A stretch of 64,000 bases of DNA, taken from assembly GCF_009914755.1 (NCBI RefSeq), contig NC_060938.1. The stretch is one strand, 5' to 3'. Positions within the stretch are counted from its first letter, which is position 1, and each line of letters begins with the position of its first letter. Both the position numbers and the translations under genes were made by a program. This DNA comes from the human T2T-CHM13v2.0 reference genome, Homo sapiens. Below, piece by piece: positions 46,101-58,817 of the stretch. Below the pieces are notes generated by a model, which was not told the DNA's origin, ran no database searches, and saw nothing but the letters and a program-made list of their open reading frames with translations.

Positions 46101-48293
46101 GTCCAAAAATGTTGTGAGTGGTCTGTGTAAGTCATAATAAGATTAGTAAAAAAGGAAATTATAAAAATGTTATATGATTAAGTTGGCTATAATTAAAGAA
46201 AATTATAGTAAATTGTTTTCCTAAAAATTAAAATTTGATATTAAAAATAGTCAAATGTAAAACTAAAAAATTGATTAGAAGATTTTATTAAAAATATTGA
46301 GTTACTCTTAGTGTGAGAAGTTTTTAATTTTTAAATTCTATAATGTTTCTTTTTGAAATTATTCAGATTAATATCTCAGAAACTGCAACCTGTTGCTTCA
46401 GTTCTTTCTCTCTTTTGCAAGGCCTGGGATGGTAACTCTTTCTTTCACCTTTTGTTGGTTCCTGTAACTTTTAAAATTAATTATCTAAAGTAAGGGAGAG
46501 AATTTTTGAAAATAAGCAAAAGAAAAATCTTTTGGATCTGCTCTTGTCTGTATGTCTGTTATATCTATATGTTTGTATGTGTCATGTGGAAGTGATATTT
46601 CACTACCAAACTATATGAAAGGGCTCTAATCAATTTGTTTAAAGAAAAGAAAGTGCCTATCAGTCTGATATAAGCTAGCTCAGATCCTTTTTAATTCACA
46701 TGACCTTGGTAATCTTTGGTAAGCTTAATTTGGTAAATTTAGTCCCAAAATTATCTCTAGTAGTTTAAAATCTTAAAGTCATATTATGCTACATTACACA
46801 ACCTCAATTTTTTTCACTGGGAATTTGGGTTACTAAGAGTTAAAATAATAGACAGTAAAAGGTGTTTTTGGTGAAGTTTGTAAAAACACAATGATGTGGT
46901 TTTGCTAAGGAAAATGTAATTTTTTTTTCTAGTTTGGAGACCATTTCAGAGTTGCTTTAAAATAAAGAAAAAGAAAGTATAGATAAAACTAAATGGGTAA
47001 AGAGAAAAATAAAAAGGCGGGTGATGAGAAAGCTTGATTATTGAGTGGCCACGTGTTTACCCATCTTAAAGAGCTGCAGCTGGGCTGCATTCAATTACTA
47101 AAGGTAAAAGCTATGGTGGAATTCAGAGACGAATCATACTCATAGTCCCAGGGCATTAGTTCACGGAACTAATTAATTACAGAAATGCAAATTAGTAAGA
47201 AAAAACTAAATATTTAATCTCTTGGTTATCGTTATCTGCAATAGCTAAATGAAAGTAAAAGAGTGCTGGGTTTGGCCTTAAGGCTGGGCCAAGCTCAGAT
47301 GTGGGTCTGTCTCAGGTCAGGCCACTAGCCTGAAAGCTACACACAAAAGGAAAAATTAAGCCAGGGCAACAAAACTTACCTCTTAGACCTGTGGTTACCA
47401 ATGAGTTAGTCAATGCAGGAGAAGGGCAAGACCAAGTAACTATTAAAACCAGAGTGTAAGGGAATTGTTCCATTTTGTAGATTGATATAATCAGTTTCCT
47501 GAGAAATCTTTACTATAGTGAATTGTAAAAATAACTACTTTAAGGACACAATCTTTAATTTTAAATGCTACAGAATGAAAGTGCTTGTTTAAGTTAATGC
47601 AAGACCCATAGCTTACTATTAAACAATTACTGATGAATATATGTAATCCAAATGCACAGGAGGTTATTCCTGAGAGAACGACCAGTCCAGTGACCCAGAT
47701 AAATGCCACTGTAAGGTCTATTTACCCTAAGAAGGAAGCTGCCTAACTCTCCCTATAAATGCCAAGTAGAGCACCCCAGACGAAGCAGTTAATATGCTTC
47801 ATATGAAAGCCCTGTGGGACTGGCTTTATTATGACCCACCCTGTTCATTCTCTAACATTAAAAGGCCCCACACCCATTTTCTGCATTTACCCCAAATTGG
47901 GGAAATTTAAGAAATATCAAAAGGCAAAGGTTATAATAATAAGCTAATATTGCATGAAGCAAGGCTAAGGCAAATTATGATAAAGATTGACAAAAGAGAC
48001 CAAGTTCCCTGGCTCAACCCACTGCTGGGGATCCAGATCCTCTTTCAAGGGAAAAGGTAAAATGGACTGGGGGTAGAAAAAAAAAAGGTCCTGGGACCAA
48101 AGCATAAAAATGTATAAGTTAATAGAGTTATGAAATTTGAGATGTTTAAACAGATTTCATGTAAGTTAGTTGTGACTCCTTCACATAAATGGCTACGAAA
48201 ATAGGTATTGTATCTGACGGGGGATGATTCCCCTAGGTAGTACCATAAAACCGAAGGCATGTAAATGTATCCTATGAGAACTGTTCATTGGAC

Positions 48294-48890
48294 TGTGGAG
48301 GAAAAGTTAAATATTAAATTTGAACTCAATTGAACATGGACACAAACACTGGTCACCAAGTCACGGAAAAGGTTGTGTGAGCCCCTTGAGGCATTTATCC
48401 AGCACTGTTTCGGACAAATCTCTATTTCAATCTATTCCTATATGTTAGTTATTGAAAAACAATAGACAATCACAAAAACAAGTTGACATTTTTGTGTTCC
48501 TTAAGCCCAGTCATGAAGGGCCCTCGTGACTGGGCCTCATGCCAAACAACTTGTTACAAAAAGAGCTAGGGTCCCAGACTGCGCCGAAGCTTCATGAGAC
48601 CGATCCTCGTCTGTGGACAGAGGAGTAGCTGACTCTGAAGCCCAGGCTGTTGCTATCCAGTCTGGTGGTGAATCCTCCACAGTCTGGTGAGTGTAAAAAC
48701 CTTTTCCCTTCTCCCCTTCCCATTGTGATTTGCTTATTATGTCAATCTGCTTATTATATCATTTCCTTATTATTATATAATTTGCTTATTACATCTGCAT
48801 TGCCATATACATGGGATAAAGTTTGTTTACTTTTAAAGGTATTGTGTGTGTGTCTTTTCCTCTCCCCTTGTGCATTTCCCAAAGAGAATA
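48294..48890 (+). mobile_element. LTR10-family (HERV-I group) solo LTR nested in the MER4 internal region
   Basis: Starts 'tgtggaggaaaagttaaatattaaatttgaactc'. Internal 'atttgcttattat' repeats. Perfect 5-bp TSD 'tggac' (48289-48293, 48891-48895). Confidence 0.85.
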
Positions 48891-50702
48891 TGGACATGGT
48901 AAATAAATAGGAACTAGTAAGATTGCCTGAGCCCACAGAATATAGGGCAAAAGTTGGAGTGCTAATCAGGAAAAATCCTCCACTTTATAGCCCTTTGTGG
49001 AACATTTATTGGGACTGATGACAAAAGACTGTAAGCACTTCCCAATGACAACTTCTGGACTAGAGAATATCCACCTGAGGAGAATTTACTGCCTTGCTAT
49101 GAAATGTTAATTGAAGCTACCCTTATGCTAATGGAAACAGTGGTGCCCCAAAGAGTTCTATAATAAAATAAAAATGGTTTAAATAGAATCTTACTACCTA
49201 GGGATGGCAGAAGGAAATTCTCATGAGCAGGGAACCTCCATTTTCCCTAGAAGTAACTAACTGTGTGAGGAGCTGCTAGATTCTACAGTGCCTAATAAAC
49301 AGCTCTCATCTAAGATGAGCTACTTAGCATGTGAATAGCAGTTCCAAGGTGAACAAACCACATCTTGTTTGGAATGGTGCTGCTCCAAGGAAAATTCTAG
49401 AAAATCTTTTTCTTTTCTGTTTTTTATAGTTTAGAGCAATTGGACGAAGTATATTTTTGTGAGCAAATTTACCTTTCTCTCTGAATTCTCCAAAATTCAG
49501 AAACCGTGAGTATTCTGATTTTATGAAAATATATTTATTTACATAAGTTTAGTAAGAGTCTTTTCTTTTAAAACAGGATTATTTGAGACACTGGTTATTT
49601 TACCAGGGCTTTAACTAGAATAACATATTGTTAGGTAAACTTTCAGAAAAGCCAACTTAGAAAGAGCCTATATGGCAATCAATTCTTGCTGCAATTTATG
49701 CAAATAATCAGGCAAAGTACAATGAGCCTAAAACTTATTTTGCACACAAATTAGTCTTACTATAATTTCTCTTCAATAGGAAAGGAGGGCTAGAGAGAGG
49801 AAGAAATTGTTTCAAAGTAAAACTATTATACTTTTTACTAGATTTCAGCCCTGACTTTTGTTTTTGAGTGTAGATTGAATCATGAATTATTTCTTGGCTA
49901 CAAGATGCAAATTTCCCTCATTTGGCATTCCACTGGGCCTGATCTGTTTTTCACTGCAAATACCCTGCTGTTTAAGGCTATAGAAGCCCCCTCCCTCTAG
50001 GCCCAGAGACTATCATGGAAGAGGTTGGCACATAAGATTGTAAGGGCTGGTTTTGAGGGATAGAAGTAGATCAAGGTCAGACACTCCAAATCAAAGATGG
50101 GTACAAATACACCGAAACGGCTAGTAAAACAAAGGACTTTGTTTTCTGAGCTATTATGTAGCACCTTTTCATTCACCTCAACCATAAGGAATTTCCTGCT
50201 TCCCATACAATTAAGAGAAAATAATTACTAAGAGGATTATGATACCTCGTGACCAAGCCTCCTGAGTATAATACTCTTAGTTATGAGTTGTGCAGATAAA
50301 TATATATTTAAAATTTATTTTTCAGAACAATGTTATGCTTTATATAGTGAATTGTTTTATGTCTGTAACTAAAACCAAGATTGCAGTAGCTCAACACACA
50401 GAAGTTAAATATAATTCAGTTTTGTAACCTCGCCTTCGGCTTTTTGTTTGTTGGCTCTTTAAAACAAAAAAAAAAATTATGGGATAATGAATGCCTGTCC
50501 ATGTTCATTCCTGTCTGGCCTGGAATATTTAATTGGCTATAAGTCTCTTGACTCTAAGTCCCTCTGCCACAGAGTGTCCCACCGAGGGACAGGATGGACC
50601 TGAGGCAGACAGTCCTTTAGCCCTGGCAATGCTATGGAACAAAATAAACATTTGGAGGCCATTGATGCTGTCTCTGGCAAACCTTGGCCAGAAGAGGGAG
50701 AA

Positions 50703-50832
50703 TGTTAAAACAAAATAAAATTCTAAGGTCCCCAAACCATATGAATGGCTTTATCATATGTGAATCCTTAACCTTGGCAAAATAAACTTTCTAAATTGAT
50801 TGAAACCTGCCTCAAATACTTTTGGGTTCACA
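50703..50832 (+). mobile_element. 3' LTR, MER4 family, internally deleted (130 bp), preceded by a polypurine tract
   Basis: PPT 'agaagagggagaa', then 'tgttaaaacaaaataaaattctaagg...tgaatgg' joined to 'aaccttggcaaaataaact...ttttgggttcaca'. Confidence 0.88.
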
Positions 50833-51909
50833 GTTTGAATAAAAATAAAAAAAAATTCAAATTCAAGTGACATAATGTTTTTCTGAAATCCAAATGCTTA
50901 AACAAGAATAAACAGAGTTTTAAAGGATATTGGTAATTGTATCTCAAAAATTTTGAGAAACATATTATGTTGGGATAAAAGAGAACCTTAAAATAACATC
51001 TGCTTGTTGTAATACTGTGTAATGTTTCCTAATGAGACATAAATACTATTTCCTTTGCTAAGTACAGGGAGTAATAATAATAATAAAATTTTCAGGGTCC
51101 TTTTATAAAAAAATTGACTACTATAATATCAGATATTATGCTGTGTAGGCATTCCTTTATAGCTTATAAAATAAGTTTTGAAAAGTATAACCAGTACTTA
51201 AGCTATCTTTGAAGCTATCTTGTTGCAACAAAATTTTCTATTGCATCCCTTATTTGAAACTTTTACTACTTAAAATGTTTTACTACTTAAAACTTGATAT
51301 TCTTCCCTGGTGTATTCAAGAACTCATCCAGTTGATTGAATCAGTTAATTGCTTTTCTTCTTCTTTTGTTTGCAATTTAAATGCTTGTCTCACCTTCACG
51401 TGTTATTACACTTCATAAAGGAGAAGAAAAATTAGAAGACAATAAAAACAGATATTTTCAACTTCAGAATTTTATGTATGACTATATCATTTTACAAGAA
51501 TTTGTAACTACTTATGTTTTTGTAGAATTGTAAACATGGATTGCAATAGCTTGTACATGATTAACACACTAATTGAAATAAGAAAAATGTTACTAAAATC
51601 TGCTTTTAAATTTTTTAAGTAGTGAAAATTCTATGTATAATATTTGTATATATGTATTAATATTATTTGGAGCAGATAATGTTGGTTTATGCCTCAAAGC
51701 ATATTTGATGTTTTATGTGATTTATTTGGTTAAAATTAATTAATCATTTAATTAAAAATTTAGAAGCTCTATTTAAAATAAGCTTGCTGTACAAGTAAAT
51801 TACAATGGTTTATATATAGGTAATAAAACAGAATTAAGCAGCTAAAACCATCTAATACTACAGTTGGTTAAAGAGGTCAAAAAAGATACCTATACTTTTT
51901 TAAAAATTC

Positions 51910-52202
51910 ATTTATTTATTTGAGATAAGGTCCCACTCTGTCACCTAGGCTAGAGTGCAGGAGTGTGAACATAGCTCACTGCAATCTAGAACTTCTTGGT
52001 TCAACTGATCCTCCCACCTCAGCCTTCTGAGTGGCTGGGACTATAGGTACATGTCACCATGCCTGCTAATTTTTTAATTTTTTTGTATAGATGGTGTATT
52101 GCTTTGTTGCCAGGGCTGGTCTTGAACTCTTAGGCTTAAGTGATCCTTCAGCCTTGGCCTCCCAAAGTGCTGGAATTAGAGGTGTGAGCCACCATGCCCA
52201 CC
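51910..52202 (-). mobile_element. AluJ (Jo/Jr-like)
   Basis: Diagnostic 'catagctcactgca', 'gatcctcccacctcagcc', 'ggcttaagtgatcc'. Confidence 0.9.
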
Positions 52203-52419
52203 CAGCTTGGTCAATTTAATATCAATTAATTACAAACAAAACAAAGCACACAGCACAACTCATTTTTCTATTTGTCTGGTGCTCATTCCTCTATGTAATA
52301 AAGGGCCAGTGGGTATAGATAATGTGCTAATATGGAAAATAAAATAATTTTTTAAAATAATTAATGTCTTAGAAGCCAAGAAAAGACAAAAAAAAGAGAA
52401 AAGAACCTTGAGAACAAAA

Positions 52420-53204
52420 GAAAATGAAAAGCAAAATGATAGATTTAACCTCAACATTATAGAAAAGTAAATCATTATAAATGTACTACAATCTCCAAAT
52501 AAAAGGGAGCCATTGATAGAATTAATAGAGAACCAAAGTCAATCTATATGCTGACCTCAAGAAAGTAATTTTACTTGTAAACAGGTCAAAAGTTAAAAGA
52601 TAGTTTCATCATAATTTGTTTTGAAGTTAAGAAGTAGAAAAGACCATACCTTGACATTGTTATGTATAAAAATCTGATGTATCTATATTAATATTAAAAA
52701 AAAGAGACTTCAAAACAATTTATGTTCCCTGGGAAAAAGAGGGATTTTTTTTTAATGATAAAGAGACTAGCTCACCAAGATGACATAATAATTTCAAACA
52801 TATACAGGCTTAATAACAGAACTTTGAAATATATGAAGCAAAAATCAAAATAATTGAAAGAAGAAATAGATAAATTCACGCTATAAGACTGAGATTTCAA
52901 CACACATCTGCTTTTCATTTATATAACATTTATAGGGGAAACAAATATGAATATAGAAGACTTAAATTACATTGTTAACCAGTTTTTTTCTAAATTACAT
53001 TTACAGAACATTCTACTTCAAAACAGAAGAGTATGCATTGTTTCCAGATGCAAATGGAATATTCATTAAGATGTCTGTATGATTTAATTAGTTTAAAAGG
53101 AATAAAATCATCTGGCTTTGTTATTCCTATGGAATATAATCAGAAATAAGAAAAATAGACATCTATAAAATTCCTAACATTGGAAACTTGAAACCACATT
53201 TTTA
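52420..53204 (+). mobile_element. Ancient L1M ORF2 endonuclease-region remnant
   Basis: 'atcattataaatgtacta...gagacttcaaaac...cttaataacagaactttgaaatatatgaagcaaaa...gagatttcaacac'. Confidence 0.7.
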
Positions 53205-54558
53205 GGAGTGACTTCCACTTTTGGGAAGATGGAGTAGAAATACTTTTTCCTATTCCTCTCACTAATCATAGCTAAAACCTTGTACATTATACATAAAATA
53301 AATGTAAAAAGACCCTATATAGGTGTAAAGAAGACAGTAGACCAGTGAGGGACCTCAGGAACAAAAAACAACACAATGATAGTTTCTTCGGCTTGGTTTT
53401 TGTCTCATATATACTAGACTTGGAGCTGAAAAAGCTGCCTGAAAATGCCAATGGGCACAGAAAAAATCCTCCAGAAAATGGCTCTTTTCTCTAGCCAAAG
53501 AACTAGTAGAAAAGCAGCCTAGCTAGAGAGAAAACTTTTACATAATAACCACTCTACTCCAGGCAAACGCCAAAAAACAAATCAAGAAAACAACATCCAC
53601 AAAAATTGTGTCTGAGTCAGAAAAGACTGACCTGGAAATCTTGATTTTCACCGTCACAAGTTTGTTAAAAGATATCTGCTGGTCCTGATGGTAATGGTAG
53701 AGAAAGTCAAATAGAAAATTGATACATCACCATCAGCCTGTAACAAGTCCTCTGTCCAGCAATGTCAGTGAAAACCACATGAAGAACATGGGCTTTCACC
53801 TCACCCATCGGTAATGTAGTGCCCTTCATCCTTGATGCCTGGGTGGCGTCAGAGAAAGCCTACTGGAGAATCAGGAATTTCACCATTACCCAGTGATAAC
53901 AAAGCCACTCTCACCATAATGTCGGTAGATGTCATGTGAGGCACCAACACATCAGCACTCACCTAGTGGTATCAAAAGACCACTCCCCTTGGGTTTCAAT
54001 GAAGGATGAGTAAGTAACCTGGACTTGTATTTATAACCAGCTGCTTTTCTTCCTCTGCTGGAGCAGTGTCACAGAAAGCCAGTTAAAACAGAAAGTTTAA
54101 AGAAAATTTAGTGTCCCAAAAAATAACATAAAAATGTCAGGTCTTCAATAATAAATCACTTATCATACCAAGAAGTAGGAAGATATCAAACTTGATTAAA
54201 AAGGTGAGCAATAGATGCCAACAATGAGATGACAGAGATGTTTATATAATCTAAAAATATTTTAAAGCAGTTATAATAATTATGCTTCAGTAAGCAATTA
54301 CAAACGAATATCCTTAAAAAACAAAAGGATGTGTCAACAAAGAGTTGAAACATCTTAGCAGAGAAATAGAACATATCAAGAGGAGCAAAATGGAATTTTA
54401 GAATTAAAACATTCAATTACAAAAATATGAAGTTCAGTGGATGGGTTCAATATAGAATAGAGGGGAGAAAAAAATGAATGAAAGACTATAGGTAGAAATT
54501 ATACAATCTGCAAAACTGAGAAAATTAGACACAAATTCTCCAGCAACCTGTGAAAATA

Positions 54559-54871
54559 TAGCCATGTATCACTTAACAATGAGGATATATTCTGAGAAAT
54601 ACATCCTCGGGTGATTTTGTCATTGTGCAAACACCATAGAGTATATTATACACAAATCTCAGTGGTATAACCTACAAAGCCTATTGCTCCTAGGCTAAAC
54701 TCGTACAACATGTAATACTGTAGGCAACTATAACAAAATGGTAAGTATTTGTTTATCTAAACTTATCTAAACATAGAAATGGTACAGTTAAATCATGCTA
54801 TTATGATCTTATGGGACTACCACAATATATACAACCCATCATTGACCAAAATATTATGTAGCAAACGATCA
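54559..54871 (+). mobile_element. Tigger3a (MER7A) DNA transposon
   Basis: 'cacttaacaatgaggatatattctgagaaat...gcctattgctcctaggcta...cttatgggactacc...ttgaccaaaa', flanked by TA dinucleotides. Confidence 0.88.
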
Positions 54872-55254
54872 TATAGTGAAATATCTACATTTTCTGTCGT
54901 CAAAGCACTGGAATAAGAAAAAAGACTGGGGTAAAAAATTACCTGAAGTAATAATAGGGGGATACTTCCCCAAATTTGGCAAAAAACCATAAAAGATATA
55001 AATTCAAGAAGCTGAATGAACACCAAACAGAATAAGACTAAATACATCTATGTCACTATGATACATCTTCATTATATTTTAGAAACTATAGGAAAAAAAC
55101 TATTATAATGACAGAAATTTTTCTTCACAAACAATGGAGGCCAGGAAAGCTCATAATCCTATAGACAGTGAAAATGGCCTTCAAGAATGAAAGAAAAATC
55201 AAGACGTTCTCACAGGAGTGAGAACTAAGAAAATTTGCTACCAGAAAATGTATT

Positions 55255-55700
55255 GTAAGGGACAGTAGGGGCAGAATAAGTGGGGATTCTTAATTGGTAT
55301 AAAAAATATAGTTAGAGGGAATAAGATCTAGTGTTTAGTAGCACAATAGAATGACTATGTTAATAAGAACTTACAGTATATTTCAAAATAACTAAACAAG
55401 TGAAACTTTATATTAACATGTATCTAGTTATATATATATATAGTATATTTCAAAATAACTGAACAAGTGAAACTGTTAATATTAACATATATCTAGTAAG
55501 AGTAAGAAACTGGAATGTTTCTAACAAAAAGTCCTTAAGTAATGGATATCCCAATTACCATGATTTGATTATTACACATTGCATGCTTGGATCAAAATTT
55601 CACTTTTACCCCATAAATATGTACAGCTGTTATGTATCTATAAAAATTGAAAATTAAAAAAATAACTAAATAAAAGTGAAAAAATTATTTAAAAAATAAA
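55255..55700 (+). mobile_element. L1MA (approximately MA3-5) 3' end inserted in the older L1
   Basis: 'aataagatctagtgtttagtagcacaatag...gattattacacattgcatgc...accccataaatatgtaca' followed by an A-rich tail. Confidence 0.85.
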
Positions 55701-58258
55701 GCAAAAAATGAAGAAACAAATAAAAAAATCAGCTAATACGAAACACTCTTCTTCTCTTGCGTTGTCTAGATTATTGTTGACATTGAGTCAAAAATTATAT
55801 CACTGATTTATTTTGTTCTTATTATATGTAGAGGAAGTCTTTAAGACAGTTATAGCAGGGAGCAGTTACAATGTAAACAGAGGTAAGATTTCTATATTTC
55901 ACTTGAACTGATCAAAATAACACCAGTATACCATGATAAATTATGTATCTGTATTATGAAATACTTGGCACAACCACCAACAAAGCTTATAGAAAAATGA
56001 AATAGATACATACATACATATACACACAGAGAGAAATGGAAGTCAAAAAACAGTTAAAGTACTCATCATAAAAGCAGAAAAAATCAGAAAAAATATTAAA
56101 AAAGAGATAAACTAAAACAAAAATAAAATGATAGATTTTAAACCTAACATCAATATTTATATTAAATGGAAATGGTCTGAATTGTCCAATAAAACGATTG
56201 GCAGAGTGGATTAAATAACATGACTCTATTATTTTTTGTCAACAAGAAATTCACTTCAAGTATAATGCTATAGGCAGGTTGACACTAAAAGGATGGATAA
56301 AGACAAATCATGAAAATGTGAATCATGTTAATGTGAAAACAAGCTTGAATATAATATTAGATAAAGTAGACTTCAGAGCAAAGACAATTACTAGAGACAG
56401 AGAGGGACATTATATAATGATAGAAAGGGCAATCTACCAAAAAGACGTAGCAATCCTAAAGTTCATGCACTGAACACCAGAGCTATAAAATATGTGAAGT
56501 GAAAACTGAAAAAACTGAAAAAGAAATAGACAAAACCACAATAATGATCAGAGACTTCAACATCCTTCTCTGAAGAATTAGTAGAGCAACTAAACAGAAT
56601 TTCAGCAAAACTCAGCAACACCATCAACCACCAAGATCTAATCAATATTTCTAGAACATGCCAAGCAACAACAGGAGAATACACATTAATTTTAAGTGCC
56701 CACAGAACATAACCAAAGGAAGATAATATTCTGGAACATTAAAAAAATCTTCAAAAATGTAAAAACCTAGAAATCATACAGAGTATGCTCTCTAATCACA
56801 ATAGTATCAAACTAAAAATCAGTAACAAAAAAACAGAAAAATATTCAAACACTTGAAAATTATCTAGAAACTTGCAAATAATCTATGGGTCAAAAAAGTC
56901 TCAAATGAATTTGTGAAAATATATTGAAATAAAATGAAATGGAATAGACAACGTACCAAAATTTGTGGGAGACAGCTAAATCAGTGTTGAGAAAGAAATG
57001 TATAGCTATAAATAAAGACATTCAAAAAAATTAAAAGCATCAAATAAATCATCTACTCTCCCACTTAAAGAATATATATAAAAAGCTGTAAAATAAACCC
57101 AAAGTAAGCATAGGAAAGAAAATAATAAGACTATAAGTGAATAAAATAAAAAAATAAAAACATAAATATTGGAAAACAACCAATGAGACAAAGAGTTTAT
57201 TCTTTGAAAAAATCAATAATATTAACATATCTCTAGTAACAGTAAGGAAAAAAGAATAACCAAATTATTAGTATAAATATCAGGAATAAAAATAGGATAC
57301 AATTATAAATCCTATATATATATATAAAAGGTAATAAAGGAATACTATAAACAACTCTAAAACATATAAATTTGACAACTTAGACAAATTGGACCAAGTC
57401 TTGAAAATATTTTCACGACTCACCCAAGATGAAATAGATAATTTGAATAACCTTATAGCTATTAAGTGGATTTTTAAATTATAAACCTCTTGAAAAAGAA
57501 AGTTATATGCCCAAATGGTTTTCATCAAGAATTATATCAAACTTTTGAAGTATTAATATGAGTTTACAAACTCTTTCAGATAAGAGGAAGCAACAATCTT
57601 TAATTTATTTTATAAGACTATTATTATGCTGATATCTGATATCAAAAAATGAAAACAAAAATTATAGTCTACCACTTACGAATATAAACACAAAATTATT
57701 TTTAAAATGTTAACAAGTCTAATTTAGTAATAACAATTATACACCATGACCAATTAAGGTTACACTAGGAACACATGACTAGTTCAAGGGTCACAAATTA
57801 ATTAATACCATGACACATAATTTTAGCCTAGAAAGCAAAAATCACTTGATTATAACAATCTATGCAGAAAAAAACATGTGAAACATGTCAACGCCCATTT
57901 ATTATAAAAACTCTCAGGAAAACAGGAGTAGAAAGGAGTCCTCCTAAAACTTGTTAAAGATAATCTACAAAAAACCTTACAGCTAACATTATACTTAATG
58001 GTAAAAAATTGACCATTAAATCAACACTTGCAGTGTAATCAGAAAAGAACAAAGTTGACTGAAGACATAGGATCCACGGTCTCTGCATAGTTTTGGGGTC
58101 CCCTTTAACTCTGTGATATAAAAACACTGTAAGTCGCTGCTTATATTTTGAGTTCACAAGAGGGATTAAGCAGGATTCTGAGGGATTGAACATTTTACTT
58201 AAAGAGACTCTGAAGTGTCATCCAAAAGAGATTGTTTTCATTAATTGTGGTAGGGAGT

Positions 58259-58722
58259 TGTATTAGTGTCCTATTACTGCTGTTTACAGTTACCTAAAAT
58301 ATAGTAGCTTTAAAAAGCATAATTTGGGGAGGAAAGAAGTCCAGGATGAGTCTGACTAGGCTAAAATCAAGGTATTTTTGGGTTGTGTTGCTTCTGAAGA
58401 CTCTAGAGGAGAATTTCTCTTTGTGTTTCAAGCTTCTTGATGTCACCTTCATTTGTTTGCTCATGGCCCTTTGTTCCATTTTCAAAGCCAACAGTGTAAC
58501 ATCTTCAAATCTCTCTCTCTCTGAGGTTGACTCTCCTGCCTCCCTCTTATAAGCATCCTTGTGATTACATTGGTTCCATTGAGTAATACAGGATAATCCC
58601 TCCATCTCAAGATGTTTAACTTAATCACATCTGCATCTGTAAAGTCCCTCTTGCCATATTCACAGGTTCTCAGCATTAAACATGAGCAACTTTGAGGGAA
58701 GAACATTATAATGGTTCCCACA
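58259..58722 (-). mobile_element. MLT1C/D MaLR solo LTR
   Basis: 'tgtattag...ctgctgt' through 'ggataatccctccatctcaaga...ttaatcacatctgca...cccaca'. TSD 'ggagt' / 'agagt'. Confidence 0.87.
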
Positions 58723-58817
58723 AGAGTTGAAGTTGGAACAAATTAAATATATACAAAACATAATTTCTTATCAAATATAGGCAAAAATGAGACAAATCTT
58801 ATAAAATAGAGAAACTA

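Larger units (their letters stand above)
42568..50832 (+). mobile_element. MER4-group ERV1 provirus (LTR-internal-LTR), non-coding/degenerate
   Basis: Two related LTR termini, a PBS-like site after the 5' LTR, a purine tract before the 3' LTR and a probable 4-bp TSD 'gttt' (42564-42567, 50833-50836). AT-rich internal region with no long ORF. Confidence 0.85.
53205..58011 (+). mobile_element. L1MC/L1MD-like element: 5' end, ORF1 and ORF2 up to the RT region
   Basis: 5' end 'gacttccacttttgggaagatggagtag'. ORF 56279 reads 'ILDKVDFRAKTITRDREGHYIMI'. Ends at the 'NIILNG' equivalent 'gctaacattatacttaatggtaaaaaattga'. Confidence 0.8.

Noticed and set aside
43089-50702. gag/pol/env coding capacity in the provirus
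   Set aside because: No ORF above ~110 aa and no recognisable RT, integrase or env motifs.
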